Positions 27,472 to 40,981 of a stretch of 64,000 nucleotides of DNA are shown piece by piece. Origin of the DNA: Octopus vulgaris (lineage: Eukaryota); contig OX597816.1 of the NCBI GenBank assembly GCA_951406725.2, positions 101,618,001 to 101,682,000 on the forward strand, written 5' to 3'. The position numbers and the translations under genes were made by a program. The notes below the pieces were generated by a model. The model did no database searches, was not told where the DNA came from, and worked only from the letters and a program-made list of their open reading frames with translations. Each line of letters begins with the position of its first letter. Position 1 is the stretch's first letter.

Positions 27472-28229
27472 GAAGTTCAGAAATATGTTATCTCCGTCTG
27501 TTATTTTCAGGTGGAATTCGAGCAGCGAAAGGCATCTCGATTCTACAAGACGTTTGATGTCGAAATCAATTTGTGCACCAGAGTCAAAATATTTTTTGTT
27601 TATTTTACTTGTTTTTTCCTCTCTTTTTTTTAGGAATTCGTTTTGTTTTTCTTCATTCTCTTTTACTCCTTCTTCTTTGTTAGATTCATCGGTTATCTAG
27701 TAAACAGAGAACAATTTTTATGTTCTATATTCCTAAACTACTTACAACAGTCTTTTATTACGTTGCTACTGTCTTCTATATTTCCGCTATGTATTTATTT
27801 ATACAATTATAGAATTTCCCTTCTATCTCCCAGTAGTTTGAATAACTGACGGTTTTTACTCGAAGTGTTTTCCACCCTATTGAATTGATCATCGTTCAAT
27901 TCATTACATTGTTACATTCAATCATTATTGCCAGAGTTTATCTGTTAATGCCCAGTGATACATTGTTAATAATTACCTCTATCATTAGTACCCTTATTAT
28001 AGTGGAGATTATCAAACGGAAAGCAGCTATCTCTTCCTCTCCCTACCAATCACTTTCTCCCTCATGTCAGCTCTTACACCAACCACACATTTGATAAAAT
28101 CAAATATAAAGTCCAAAAATATATCTTTGTTTTTGTTTTTTGCATAGATGATTTTGTTTAATTTGCCTTACAATATTTTTCTCTATTTAAGTTGATGTCA
28201 ATGCTTGTCAGCTGATCTTGACATTTATC

Positions 28230-29480
28230 AAAGGAGCTTCCACACTATTGCGTCTGATGACTTCGTACAACTCTCAATCTATCCCACCTTCCAAAGTGCA
28301 ACCCATGCTTTTGCTTCCTTGCCAAAAGTATTTGCCCAAATTCGCAGAATTCTCTTTCCTTACACTTCCAACAACGATAGTTCTGTAAGCCGTACACTCG
28401 CAACTACACAGCATACAATTTGCAAAACCCTCTAATTCTATCTCCCTTCACTCTTCCAGATTCACCACATCGCATACACTCACGCCAAATGCGAAAGTGC
28501 CTTCGGGCACTTCAAAATATCAAGGCCAACGGTCCTGATAGTGTTCCTTCTATTATCCTAAAACATTGCGCCCTAGAGTTAGCTCCTATACGCAAACCCT
28601 TCGAACCTCCCCCGCTCTATAGAAATCTTTGGTCTTTGAAAACTCGCCCCCGTGTTCAAGAGAGATAACCTCTCTGGTCCTCTCTTTTGCACTCACTGTT
28701 AGTATTTATAAAACAGTCATTAACAACGACATCTTTCAGCATCTAGAATCTTTTTCCCCTGTACGGTCTTCGTAGAATCGGATCCTCTGGGGATTTACTC
28801 ACTTCTGGCATCACTTTCCTTGGAGAAATTCAGCGAAAGCAATGCTCACGCCTTCGATTTCAGCAGAGATTTCCATCTGCATCAAAACTGGGTTTTGATG
28901 GCGGATTCGGGTTTCTTCTTCCCCCCTTTCCTTCTACACGTTAATGATTTACCATCATACACAATAAGATTCACTCGTCATTCATCCCTAACGTTCCGTA
29001 ACCATGCAGCATCATCTTGCTACCTAAAAGCCACGCCAACTCACACTGACCCTATGAACAGAGACCGTAAAAGTATCATCCATTAGTCTTTTTCAGCTGT
29101 ATGGAACCACAAATGCTACTCATATCAAGAAAACTTCATTGCGTCATATACTCTATAATCATGAGCAGCACTCAGAGCTTACGAAATTAATTGAGTTTCG
29201 CTACCAGTGAGGAACTTTTCTGACCAAAGCACATCCTTAAAATAGCTAGGACCGTATTCCAACGACTGGCCCCTCCACTCAAGACCAGAAGTTATTTCAA
29301 CTCCGAACAATTATTAATACCCGGCGATGCTTAAATGAGGATTACAACGGAATATCGCTCTCACTTCGAAGACGGTGTCTGCACACAGACACGTTAGATC
29401 ATCCCCCAGAAAAGAATCAGCTGATTCAATGGCATAAAGTTATTCACAGACATGCTCGAGTCTCTGGCTCACATCTTTCC
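28230..29480 (+). mobile_element. CR1/Jockey-group LINE RT remnant
   Basis: RKCLRALQNIKANGPDSVPSIILKHCALELAP (K..GPD.I...LK motif), AFDFSRDF, FLLHVNDLP. Confidence 0.75.
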
Positions 29481-29875
29481 CGTAGGTGTTGATGTGACAA
29501 AAAAAGCAAGGGAAACATGAATGCCATTTGTCACACCCTTCTAGGAGGGTCTGCGAAAACTACTGGACACTGTCCCTTTCTCGAAATCCAGTGAGTAAAA
29601 CAGATAACGGCCAAATCTCTTACTTGTCAAACCCGACAAGTTTTTTTAAAAGGATACGAATACAATTTTGCTCCTGAATAGTCACGACTGGAACGACTTT
29701 TAAGATAGGTCCGCTGGATCTCAGTTAATCTGAAACTAACCAACAATCATGTTCCCTTTGCATCAGAGAGGAAAGGTGATCGCTAGTCTGCGAGAAATGA
29801 AGGACAAATTGCCTTCAAATTGCACCATACCGTCTTAAATTTGGAAACGAAACTTTGGACGATGAATTATATATA

Positions 29876-30721
29876 CACTGGTTTTAAGGCTAAATTTGAC
29901 GATATGTCTTCTTTTTTCAGGAACGGTCTCATGTATTGGTGAACAGATGACAGCGTTTGAGAACATAAAGATTGAAGTTGTAGATGAGAAAAAGTTAGCT
30001 GACACGGAGGACTGGAAGTCATTTTAAAATTAGAAAGGACGAAATACCGACATCAGGACTGCTGCTCATTGCTCTGTGAACATTGTTATGGCTGTAAGAC
30101 ATGACAACGATATCATGAAACGAAGTTTCCCCGAAACCTGTGGGTTTTGGGTGCGTCTCTAGTGAGAGTGACGTCATGCCGTCCCACATCTTTGGACAGG
30201 ACTTTGACTCAACTTAGACGACTATGTAAAGCTGGTGGAGACTGTCGTCAAACCCTGGCTAGAAAGGGTTGCTGCTAGAAGGCTACATGTATGACAGCAG
30301 GATTCAGCCCCTCGCTTTACCTCCGGAAAGCGCCAGTAGTCCTTGTCGAATAATTTCTGCGACTTCACCTGCTTCAATTTCTGGCCTCCTAACTTCCCCG
30401 ATTGTAATGTTATGGATTATTATGTGTGAGACGCGGCTGAGGAAGACACCAACCGCTCTGCCTGCAACACCAAGGCCGAACTGATGGTCAAAATCGAAGA
30501 GGTATTCGCGAAGATCTTCCTTAGGACACTGCGGAGAACGCATGCGCCAGGTCTCGGAGCCGTTTTGAGGCCCCAGTGGAAGCAGAGGGCGACTACTTTG
30601 AGTAAATTCATATCTCATCCATAATCTAGTTGGTATTTGGTGTTTAAAATACTTTTATTTTTGGATGGAATATAGTGCTTTCTTTTACTTTTATGCAACT
30701 GTCAAATTTAGCCTGAACACC

Positions 30722-30726
<5 letters not shown>
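29876..30726 (+). mobile_element. Internally deleted Tc1/mariner element (maT/DD37D-like) with both TIRs
   Basis: TIRs CACTGG.TTTAAGGCTAAATTTGAC / GTCAAATTTAGCCTGAACACCCAGTG; frames QQDSAP, FWPPNFPDCNVMDYYV, RFEAPVEAEGDYFE*. Confidence 0.85.
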
Positions 30727-30762
<36 letters not shown>

Positions 30763-30855
30763 TGTGTGTGTGTGTGTGTGAGTGTGTGTGTGTGTGTGTG
30801 TGAGTGTGTGTGTGTGTATTGGGTGTGCGTATGTCTTTGCGTGTGCGCGTGTGTG

Positions 30856-30954
<99 letters not shown>

Positions 30955-30959
30955 GTTAT

Positions 30960-31127
30960 CCTTCACTTGTTTCAGTCATTGGATTGCAACCATGCTGGCA
31001 AACTGTGTTTGAAGAGTTTAGTCGAACAAATCGACCCAGTAATTATTCTATCCGTGTTTTTTATTACGTTGAAGCGACATAAACAAACCAACACCAGTTC
31101 TCAAGCGGTAGTAGGGACAAACACAAA

Positions 31128-31130
<3 letters not shown>
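30960..31130 (-). mobile_element. SINE family A 3' fragment
   Basis: ACTTGTTTCAGTCATT...TTTAGTCGAACAAATCGACCC. Confidence 0.8.
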
Positions 31131-31204
<74 letters not shown>

Positions 31205-32000
31205 AACACACAAACACGCATATACACACATGTGCGTGCAAGGTACTCAGTTGGAGATGCAGCTGTTGTTACTGGTATATAAATATTAATGTATATGAAT
31301 CAGTGGTAGAGAATGCCGTTCTAAAGAGAGCCACTTTAACGGAAACAAATAAAAATGTAGTTGATCGGGTTAACTGATAAGGGACGTAATTCAGTTCAGT
31401 GAGCTTGCTATTTACTTCCCTTATCAGCTTCATTCCAATATTAATGTAATTAATATTACATGTATGACTAGAGTAACTTTAGTCCTTCCCGTTAACGTTA
31501 CTATAGTTGCTGACGCTACTTCTTGTGTTGCTGCTACCGGTGTTGCTGTTGTTGTTTAACTCCAGGTCGACTCTCACTGAGCAAACTTATAAACAAAGGT
31601 ATCCTGGCTGTATTTTGATTATGATTTGGCTATTATTTCAGTCAAGTCGAATAAATAGTACAGGTTACCTAATCGGCTTCTCTCCTATTGCTGTTATGAA
31701 TGTTTCTTTTTTGTTGTTTTTTGTTTTGATTTCTTTTTTCATTTTACTACTACCTCAGCGAATGATGACTTTTTTGTATTTTGTTTGCCTTTTTTTAGCC
31801 CCAGGTCAAATCTGATTGAAGTAGACGTGATCAAAAGCATTCCAGCATCAACAACTCTTGCTTTTTAGAAGTATGAAGGACTACATTATCTGATATATAT
31901 TTTCATTTCCCAAACAGTTTTAATTTGAGGAATTATTTGGTGTTACTTCTAACAGATCGAGCGACCACATAGAGGCTCCCTCTTTTGCTCATAATGCTGC

Positions 32001-32033
<33 letters not shown>

Positions 32034-32199
32034 CGTTGTTGTTTTTGTTGTTGTTGCAATGGCACTTTCTTCTAACAGTGTAAACCTCGCATTACAAGCG
32101 AAAGAGAGAGCCTCTACGTGGTCGTTCGCTCTGTTAGAAGTAGCATCAAATTATGTCACGTGACACCGGCGTAGAAGTGAAAGAAACAGACAGTGAGTT

Positions 32200-33250
32200 T
32201 GGACTTGGGTTCACAGAGGAGATCCTCCTCCATATCAAACCTGATGAAATGAAAAAGACCTCAGACCTTACCCATCTGATCAATGGGGTGTAACTGCGTG
32301 TGGCAGTTAAAGGAAGCAAGCCAATATGCCACTTGTGTGTTACGAAAAGCCACTTCAGAGCTTTCTGAAACTAAAAACAAAAAAAAAACACAGGTGTGTG
32401 GAAGCCCCTACTATCGCCGAGGCAAACCACGACTACAGCATACAGCGGCAGTAGCAGAGAAGGGAACATGAACAACAACAGCGCCAAGTCGAAATCCGGG
32501 AGGTTAGACGAAACAGATGAGTTCTCTTTAACCAGTCAAATTCTCACGCCATCCCTACCAAAACTACCACCCCCTCAGTCACATCAAAATCAGCTAATCA
32601 CGTAACCACACTTCTAACAACACGAAATAGTAGATGCGACAACCATAGAGCAACAACAGGAACAACAACAGCAACAATAACAACAATAAGAAAGGCTGAG
32701 GTTGCACTGAAAGGAATGCTATTGGTTTAGTAAACCCAGATCACTGGACGTGAATGCGGTTGCCATAAGCGAATCAAGAATTTCCAGGATGCACGCACTC
32801 GTGCCCTTTTTGATTACTACAAGGTGTACGCGTCTCTCAGTTGACCTGGATCGGGTAGAATAACAGTACTTTTTTGAAAAGGCTTTAATCGCGAGGTACA
32901 GACGATTTTATTAGATTCGAACAGAAGATCGGTGCTGCTGGACGTGAGCAGCAGCAAGAGCTATGCCTTCAAATTAGCGGCCGTCTATAACTTGACAGAA
33001 TCAAGGTAGCCGGATTTCTTTAGACTTCTAGAATCATTTTGGAGTGCGTTCTTCTCTTTAGTGCGAACGGGAAACTGAAATGGTTTTTTAGATGCACACT
33101 AGGATTACATGAGCTGATAGGGGAGATTTTGAGCAAAACCCTCGCAAATCTACTCTGATTGTTCCAATCACAAATATTGTTTTGACTGGATTTCTTGATT
33201 GCGTTATTGTGGAATTAGAACAACCGCATTGTGTATTTAAATCGTATCTG
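32200..33250 (+). mobile_element. Tx1/L1-type LINE remnant (ORF1 end + APE endonuclease)
   Basis: LDVNAVAISESR ... GRITVLF*KG...ILLDSNRRSVLLDV...FKLAAVY, typical of Tx1/L1 APE. Confidence 0.65.
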
Positions 33251-33339
33251 GTCACATATTTACTAGATCAGGTACCAGTGATGTTGTTGAAAGTCCATAA
33301 TTTCAACCAATCGGTTATATAAATGAAACAATGAAATGC

Positions 33340-33748
33340 AATATTTTCTTTAAAAATTTTTTTTTTTTTTTTTTTGGAACACTCACTAGGACTTTATCTA
33401 AATGATGTGAGGAGCGAACACGGTAAACGTTTTTACCGGGATGTTTCTACCACAGAAAAGCATTAGCTAGGCAACTGGAAACTCTATATATTTACTCATC
33501 ACTTTTGAATTCTTAAGAGAATTTTCTGGAGCAAAGTACAGCAGAAAATCAAACCAAACTACTTTTTAAACAACAAGTATGCCTTTCCGGAAGTATTTTA
33601 TTAATTATAAATGTATTTCAGAATTTAATTATATTCCACACAAAAACCTGAGCTAATGGAGAAATGTTACAAACTTATTTTGATTAAGCACAAAAGAATA
33701 TCAGTTATTTTCATCTTTGAGACACGAAAAAATATTTGTTCCCCAGTG
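33340..33748 (+). mobile_element. Chapaev3-type DNA transposon 3' remnant
   Basis: VRSEHGKRFYRDVSTTEKH*LGNW...F*ILKR...AKYSRKS matches VSDEHGERFHQDI..ME.RYQG.W; terminus TTTGTTCCCCAGTG. Confidence 0.75.
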
Positions 33749-33949
33749 TTAAATGTTTATTGCCATAACACTTCATTCCCTTTGGAAAAGCAATAACGTC
33801 ACATTTTCCCAATTTTCTCCTTCAGACTGAAATATTGTCCCTCTAGAGGAAACAATTATTTATTTGAATGACGTAACAGATGACACAGTTTGTAGAGAGC
33901 CGAAGTTTGGAACATGTATCAAATGTCGAGCTTAACCCCTTCACTTGTG

Positions 33950-34795
33950 CCAAATGTGCTGTATTATAGAGATATCTTTATTTAGTAACTGTACTGGTTG
34001 ATATTTTTAGCTGTTTGCTACAGTAAAGGTTATATGTAGTTGTCAATTACTGTATTGATATCTGTAGTCGTTCACTACTGCACTGATATCTTTAGTCGCT
34101 CAAAATTGCACTGATACTTTTTGTTGCATAATAATGTATTGGTATCTTTAGTGGTTCACCACTGCACTGATATCTTTAATTATTCACTACTGCACTGATC
34201 TCCTAAGTTACTCAATATTGTACTTATTATGAAGCAATATTCTTTTCTACTCTAGGCACAAGGCCCGAGATTTTTGAGGAGGGGTCAGTCGACTAGATCG
34301 ACACCAGTACGCAACTGATAGTTAATTTATCGATCCCGAAAGGCTAAAAGGCAAAGTCGACCTAGGCGAAATTTGAACTCATAACGTAAAGACAGACGAA
34401 ATACCTATTTCTTTACTACTCACAAGGGGCTAAACACAGAGGGGACAAACAAGGACAAACAAACGGATTAAGTCGATTATATCGACCCCAATGCGTAACT
34501 GGTACTTATTTAATCGACTCCGAAAGGATGAAAGGCAAAGTCGACCTCGGCGGAATTTGAACTCAAAGCGTAACGGCAGACGAAATACTGCTAAGCATTT
34601 CGGCCGGCTTGCTAACGTTTCTGCCAGCTCGCCGCCTTATTATAAAGCAATATTGTACAATCTTTAGCTTTTCATTACAGTACTAATATCTTTCGTTGTA
34701 TTGATGTCGTTAGTTAACTACTGCACTGATATCGTTAGTTGCTCATTCCTGTACTAATATCTTAAGTTATTCAATTCTTTTAGTTGTTCACCCCT
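33950..34795. repeat. Degenerate ~28-bp minisatellite interrupted by a SINE
   Basis: Unit approx. CTACTGCACTGATATCTTTAGTYGTTCA; weaker copies continue at 35500-36000. Confidence 0.8.
34242..34638 (-). mobile_element. Dimeric SINE family B (Meta-domain-like) with 18-bp TSD
   Basis: Two GTCGACTTTGCCTTTCATCCTTTCGG-type cores; TSD TTATTATRAAGCAATATT at 34224-34241 and 34637-34654. Confidence 0.92.
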
Positions 34796-34799
34796 AAGA

Positions 34800-35480
34800 T
34801 TTTGTGTGGTTAATGATTTGATATGGAGGATAACGTGTGAAGCAGCAGCACAACTATTGATTTTATTATAAATTCTACCCGGCTTTCTAAAGAGTTAGCA
34901 ACTGTTGGGGGATTACTTGTTTTCTGGAAGGTCAAGTTTAGTGGAGCAGTTTTTGCTTTGTTTGAGACATCCAGGATATTACCAGTGATCATGAAACCTA
35001 GCATTTGTAGAAACTTTGGAAGTTTTATCTAAGAACTTTCTATGACTAGGGTTCATGAGTGTTTTTATATGTGCAGTGAAGATATCTTTGTGCAGTTGAA
35101 GGAGACGTGATTTATACGGCTCCATCTTTTTGAGGACCTGTTTATTGAGACAGTGTAGGTTTGGCATAAGGTGTCTAGATTTCACGTGAATGATGATTGT
35201 ATGCAGAAGTGAGAGAGAAGTGCAAGTTGATATCGTTTACATAGGAAGTGACATTGTTTGAGTTTTTTGATGTACATGTGGAGAATATATAACTAAATCT
35301 TGAAACACACTTGAGTTCACAGAGTATGATTCAGATAGAGTTCCGTTTTCACATGCTGCGATTATGTAATCTTCAAATGTGAGATTGATGCAACCCCTAG
35401 GCAAGCAATTATTTAGGAGATTCGTATGTTAGACACAATCGAAGACTTTGCAGATGTCAAGTGCAACAGCTTATGTTGTT
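34800..35480 (-). mobile_element. Probable retroelement (PLE-like) N-terminal remnant
   Basis: Fragmentary K/L-rich frames (34979-35185, 34810-35004) inserted in the minisatellite; no diagnostic motif. Confidence 0.3.
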
Positions 35481-36669
35481 CGCTGCTTCTATCTTCAGTT
35501 GATCCCTGATGTACGCAGTATCCTTAGTTTTTAACAATTATTCGCTATATATTGACCGTTTGCTACAATACATTGTAGCTTTAGTTGTTCTCAACTGCGC
35601 TAAGATATTAAGCTGACCACTAATATACATTTTATGGTTGAATTTTCAAGATATAAAATTATATACTGCTTGCTCCTATTTACATATGTTTAACAATTAT
35701 ACGCTATACATTTTGACAATGATCCGGTATATATTGGCTGTTTACTACAATACATTGTAGCTTTAGTTATTCCCTGCTGTGCTGAGATATTAAGTTGTTT
35801 ACTGATATACATTTTATACTAGGTTTTCAATATTGAAAACGATGCACTAGCTTTTTGCTCCCTTACTTAACTTATTTACATATGTTTAACTCTATTCATT
35901 GTTGTACATGGTATATTAATTTATTCGCTATAATACGTGATATTTTGATTTGCTCACAGTTGTACATAGCTTTCAGTTTTCATTATTTTTAGCCTGTTCT
36001 AGACCAGTACTCCGCAACCTCTTTTTACTTGCGGTACGCTTATATTCTTTTCAAAATTCGGTGGCACACCTGAATTAAAAATATAACTAAATGTATAGGG
36101 GAAAATATTATATTCAGGCTACATTGCATTGCACCTAGCATCGTCTCATGGCACACCTAGATCAACTTTGAGGAAACACACTTATTTTCGAAGATGTTCC
36201 AGTCATTACCATGCATTACCCCAGTAACTTTGGACCACATTATGTAATGTGTCCAACGTGACGATAAAGCGTAATTCGTGAGAGACTTGGTTACTATTTA
36301 TGGCAGGTCGATTGATAGTGTAAAGGTTCCTTCGTTGGTTCGTGACATATTTAGTTGATCATAAATAAATTTATTATGATTAGTTATTCACTTCTATACA
36401 TATCTATTTGTCCACTACGGTACGCAGTTTACACGGTAAGTAACTACTTGATCCGGATAGTGTTGCTGTTAAATCGTATGTACATCTTGTAGTATGAATG
36501 AACTACTGAGTTCATGCATGTTGCCTTGGTGAACTCCAATGTTTCACTTCACTTAATAGTTCTTTTACAATTGGATATCAATTTTGCACTTTTTTTTGCA
36601 TTCGCTGTCCATTCGTCAGAAGTATAACTGACCATTATGGTACTGTGATCTGCTGCCTTCCTTTTGCTG

Positions 36670-36824
36670 TCTTCTTCTTCTTCTTCTTCTTCTTCTTCTT
36701 CTTCTTCTTCTTCTTCTTCTTCTTCTTCTTCTTCTTCTTCTTCTTCTTCTTCTTCTTCTTCTTCTTCTTCTTCTTCTTCTTCTTCTTCTTCTTCTTCTTC
36801 TTCTTCTTCTTCTTCTTCTTCTTT
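36670..36824. repeat. (TTC)n microsatellite
   Basis: Perfect run. Confidence 0.97.
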
Positions 36825-36899
36825 CAATCAGGACTCACGCCACTAGCCACAAAGAATAATCTCTAATTCGAGCCTACTCTAAGCTACTAAGAATGTGTG

Positions 36900-37290
36900 T
36901 GGCAACTTGAAGATCCACCCATCACACGCGATAGACTGGCGGTTGCATGGGCGCGAAAGCTATGTTGTTATACGCATTCCGTAAACGGTGGCTTTTAACG
37001 GGTGGAGAGCTGAAACCATCCTGGGCTACAGAGGATTCTGAAAGTTTACCACACCATAGAGGGTTACACCATGGTTCCTCTGCTTTGTGGCAGAAGTAGG
37101 AAGAAAGAGTGAGGGAAAGTTGTGGTGAAAGAATACAGCGGGGTTCACCACCACCACCACCCCGCCGGAGCCTCGTTGAGCTTAGGTGTTTTTGCTCAAT
37201 AAACACTCACAATGCCCGGTCTCGGAATCGAAACCGCGTTTTTACGACCGCGAGTCCGCTGCCCTAACCACTGGGCTATTGCGCCTCCAC
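36900..37290 (-). mobile_element. tRNA-Arg-like SINE, head shared with 43198 but different tail
   Basis: Minus strand GGAGGCGCAATAGCCCAGTGGTTAGGGCAGCGGACTCGCGGTC...GGTTTCGATTCC. Confidence 0.88.
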
Positions 37291-37712
37291 TTTTGCTGTT
37301 GTTGTTGCCGCGGCTGCTACTACTGCCGCTGTTGTTTAACCACCCTTCCCAAGTCCACCCTGACAGAACAGATCTGCTATTAAAGACCAACATGTGTCTA
37401 TTGTGCTAAGATTAGCTTACCGAATGTACTCTGCCTTTTAAAGACGAAACAGCTTGATTTGAGGGAAATTCGGTTGCTATTTCTAACAGACTTCAGGGTT
37501 ACCTGTTGCCTCGTTATATTCAACAGTTTCAAGTAGAAGAAAACTAGATACGATTATTCCCCTGTAGTTTAACAGTATGTACCTGTTTCTGGCATAGGGA
37601 TTTTAACGAACCCAGAAGTGATTTGTTGACTTTCTGATTTTGGTAATTAACCAACGTAATAAATAGGTTTTTCATTTAGTTATTCTAATGTAAAATGTGT
37701 GATAGTAGTATC

Positions 37713-37775
<63 letters not shown>

Positions 37776-37939
37776 TTAGCCCTAGTTCAGCCCTGACTGA
37801 GCTGACTGATGATTAAGGGTGCTCCACCCTTAGCCATACTATCTTTTCCTACATCTGGAATCATATATTCGTATTGCAATATATATATATAAAAAAAAAC
37901 GACAGACAGGGGTTTAATATTACGAAAATTTCGGTTGTC

Positions 37940-38026
37940 GAATGAGTACTAGTGAAACACTGGAGTCGATGTAATCGACTAGTCCCTTCTCCAAAAATTT
38001 CGGGCCTTGTGCCTTTAGTAGAAAGG

Positions 38027-38071
<45 letters not shown>

Positions 38072-38085
38072 TTTATTTTTATTAC

Positions 38086-38116
<31 letters not shown>

Positions 38117-38140
38117 ATTATTATTATTATTATTATTATA

Positions 38141-38219
<79 letters not shown>

Positions 38220-38416
38220 GAATTGTCAGCGCGCTGGACAAAATGCTTAGCGGCATTTCTTCTGCCTTTTCGCCAAGGTCGTCTTTGCCTTCAATCTTTT
38301 CAGGGTCGATGAAATAAGTACCAACTGAACACTGGGATCAATGTAATCGACTTAACCCCTCCCCCACAAAATAGTTACATTTTCCCTTATAATAATAATA
38401 ATAATTATTATTATTA

Positions 38417-38468
<52 letters not shown>

Positions 38469-39156
38469 CATTATACACAACAAATTAGACAGTTAGAAAA
38501 GAAAAAAATCCTAACATCGGGGTACAACAAGTAACCTTAGATGCCAAGAACCCTCCTAAGTACCCTAGTTGTTTTCTGGAGCTGTACTAAACTAGGTGTT
38601 ATGCCTATTTCCTCTATCCATCTGTTCAGATCTTTAGGGATAGTTTCCAATACACCTATAACTACTGAGATACATTTCACCAGCTCTTTCCATAGTTTCT
38701 GTAATTAAATGACTAATGTCGAAATATCGTTCACTAGATGACAATGGCACTCTTCTTTTTTTTTTTTTTTTTGCTTCTATATCTTGTGGAGGAGTTACCG
38801 CAATCCTATATATATATATTAACCAAAATGAAGTAAATTGACACGTTTATTTTTTAAACTTGTGGAAGACACACGCGATGTCGAAATATCATTCACTTGA
38901 TGACAATGGCACTCTTCTTTTTTCTGCTGCTAGTTTTTATTGTTGTTGTTAAGCTGGCAGAATCGTTAGCACGCCGAGCGATATGCTTAGGGGCATTTCC
39001 GCCGTCCTTAGGTTCTGAGTTCAAATTCCGCTACGGTCGACTTTGACTATCATCCTTTCGGGGCCGATAAATTAAGTACTAGTGAAACACTGGAGTCGAT
39101 GTAATCGACTAGTCCCTTCTCCAAAAATTTCGGGCCTTGTGCCTTTAGTAGAAAGG

Positions 39157-39213
<57 letters not shown>

Positions 39214-39273
39214 TTTATTACTATTATTATTATTATTATTATTATTATAATTATTATTATTATTATTATTATA

Positions 39274-39344
<71 letters not shown>

Positions 39345-39560
39345 TAAGGCGGTGAGCCGGGAGAATCTTTAGCACGCCGACGCATTTCGTCCGTCCTTGG
39401 GTTCTGAATTCAAATTCCGCTCAGGTCGATGTTTTTACTATCATCGTTTCGCTGTCGATAAATTACGTACTAAGGAAACACTGGGGTTGATGTAATCGAC
39501 TGGCCCTTCTCCAAAAAATTCAGGTCGTGTGCCTTTAGTAGAAAGGATTAATATTATTAT
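37940..39560 (+). mobile_element. Head-to-tail cluster of family B SINEs separated by (ATT)n
   Basis: Copies at ~37940, 38225, 38950 and 39346; three end GCCTTTAGTAGAAAGG-(ATT)n. Confidence 0.88.
38474..38715 (-). mobile_element. R4/Dong-type LINE extreme 3' fragment
   Basis: Minus frame LQKLWKELVKCISVVIGVLETIPKDLNRWIEEIGI..LQKTTRVLRRVLGI*; the 3' end abuts (AAT)n. Confidence 0.7.
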
Positions 39561-39564
39561 TATT

Positions 39565-40918
39565 CCCTTTGCATAGCTTCTAATACTGGAGATGTACTAC
39601 AGTGTCTTGCAACCCCTATTTGTTCCACGTACTTCTCGAGATTTTTGCTCACTGTTCCCAGGGCTCCGTCAATTATTGGTACTACAGCTACTTTTTTATC
39701 GACCACAAATGCTTAACTTTCCAAGCTAACCTGTCATATCTGTCGACTTACCTTTCTTCCTTATCGCATACCTTGTTGTTAGCTGGGCATGCTATATCCA
39801 TGATCCAGCATTGTTTGTTTTCTTTATCAATTAAGACTATGTCCGGCTTCCTATTCTCAACCTCATGATCGGACTGAGCTATAGGATCTTTGCATTTCCA
39901 TTTTCGACGAGCCTTCAGGTTTGTGGTCGTACCAGTTTTTTGCTCTGTCAAGTCCATACTTGTTGTAAAATGTCCAATGGACAAGCCTGGCTATATTGTC
40001 GTGACATCTCTTATATTCCTTCTAGGATAGTGGCGTACATTGGCTGGTAATATGCCATGCGGTTTCACCATTTTGTCCACAGATTCTGCACTTATCACTT
40101 TCTGCTGTGTTGTCTAGTCTGTATTTTATGTAGTTTATTCTTAGTACTTGCTCTTGGGCAGCACAAATTAGAGCCTCCGTTTCCGGTTTTAAATCACTTT
40201 TAGTCATCCACAGCCATCTTTTTTCTCTGTCTGTCTTATCTTCAGCATCCCTTTGAAATTACCCATGCAATCTTTTCTTTACCCACTGATTTTCAGTTTC
40301 ATTCGTTTTCAATTTCTTGTACAGTGCTTTATCTTTGCAATACTTTATCCTACACAAGCCTGACCTTCTAACTTCTAATAATAGCGGCTCTGTGGTATTT
40401 TTTATATACCATGCTGTTGTTTTCTTCTGCTCTAATGCTGTGTTCACATCCAATAAGTCCTCTTCCCCTTCTTTTTCTTGGTACATACAGTCTGTCTGTG
40501 TCACTTTTTGGGTGGAGTGACCCATATCTAGTTAGCAACTTCCTTGTCTTTCTGTCTAAGCTGTTTATAACTCGTCTACTGTCCGTGCGATTACTCCTGC
40601 TCCATATCTAAGAAGTGAAACCGCCTAGGTGTTGATAGCTTCGATCTTATTCCATCCATTTAATTTCGACTTAAAGATCAGTCTCAGTCTGCGCAAATAC
40701 TCCACCTTAGTTTTTTCTGTCATTTCTTTCTCCATCTATTTCTCCATTTCCAAAGTTCCGAAGTACTTATTGCCCGTCTCTTCTATCTGCTTCATAACCT
40801 CCCCCGATGGTATCGTTAGCCCGTCCATACATTTGATTTTGCATCTCTTCAAGACCAACACACAACACTTTCTCTGTCCGAACTCCATTCTTATATCAGC
40901 ACTGAAGGTATACACCGT
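39565..40918 (-). mobile_element. 5'-truncated R4/Dong-type LINE inserted in (ATT)n
   Basis: FSADIRMEFG..KC, LKPETEALICAAQEQ, CRICGQNGETAWHITSQC, RKPDIVLIDK..WIMDIACP; (ATT)n on both sides. Confidence 0.92.
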
Positions 40919-40920
40919 AA

Positions 40921-40953
<33 letters not shown>

Positions 40954-40981
40954 CATTATTATTATTATTATTATTATTATT

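Noticed and set aside
27500-27620. Retroviral-type protease motif (minus-strand FDSGAQI)
   Set aside because: Isolated short motif with no other LTR-element domains.
33950-34225. CRISPR-like 28-bp repeats
   Set aside because: Degenerate head-to-tail units with no spacers or cas genes.
36549-36866. Poly-E/F/S ORFs
   Set aside because: (TTC)n microsatellite.
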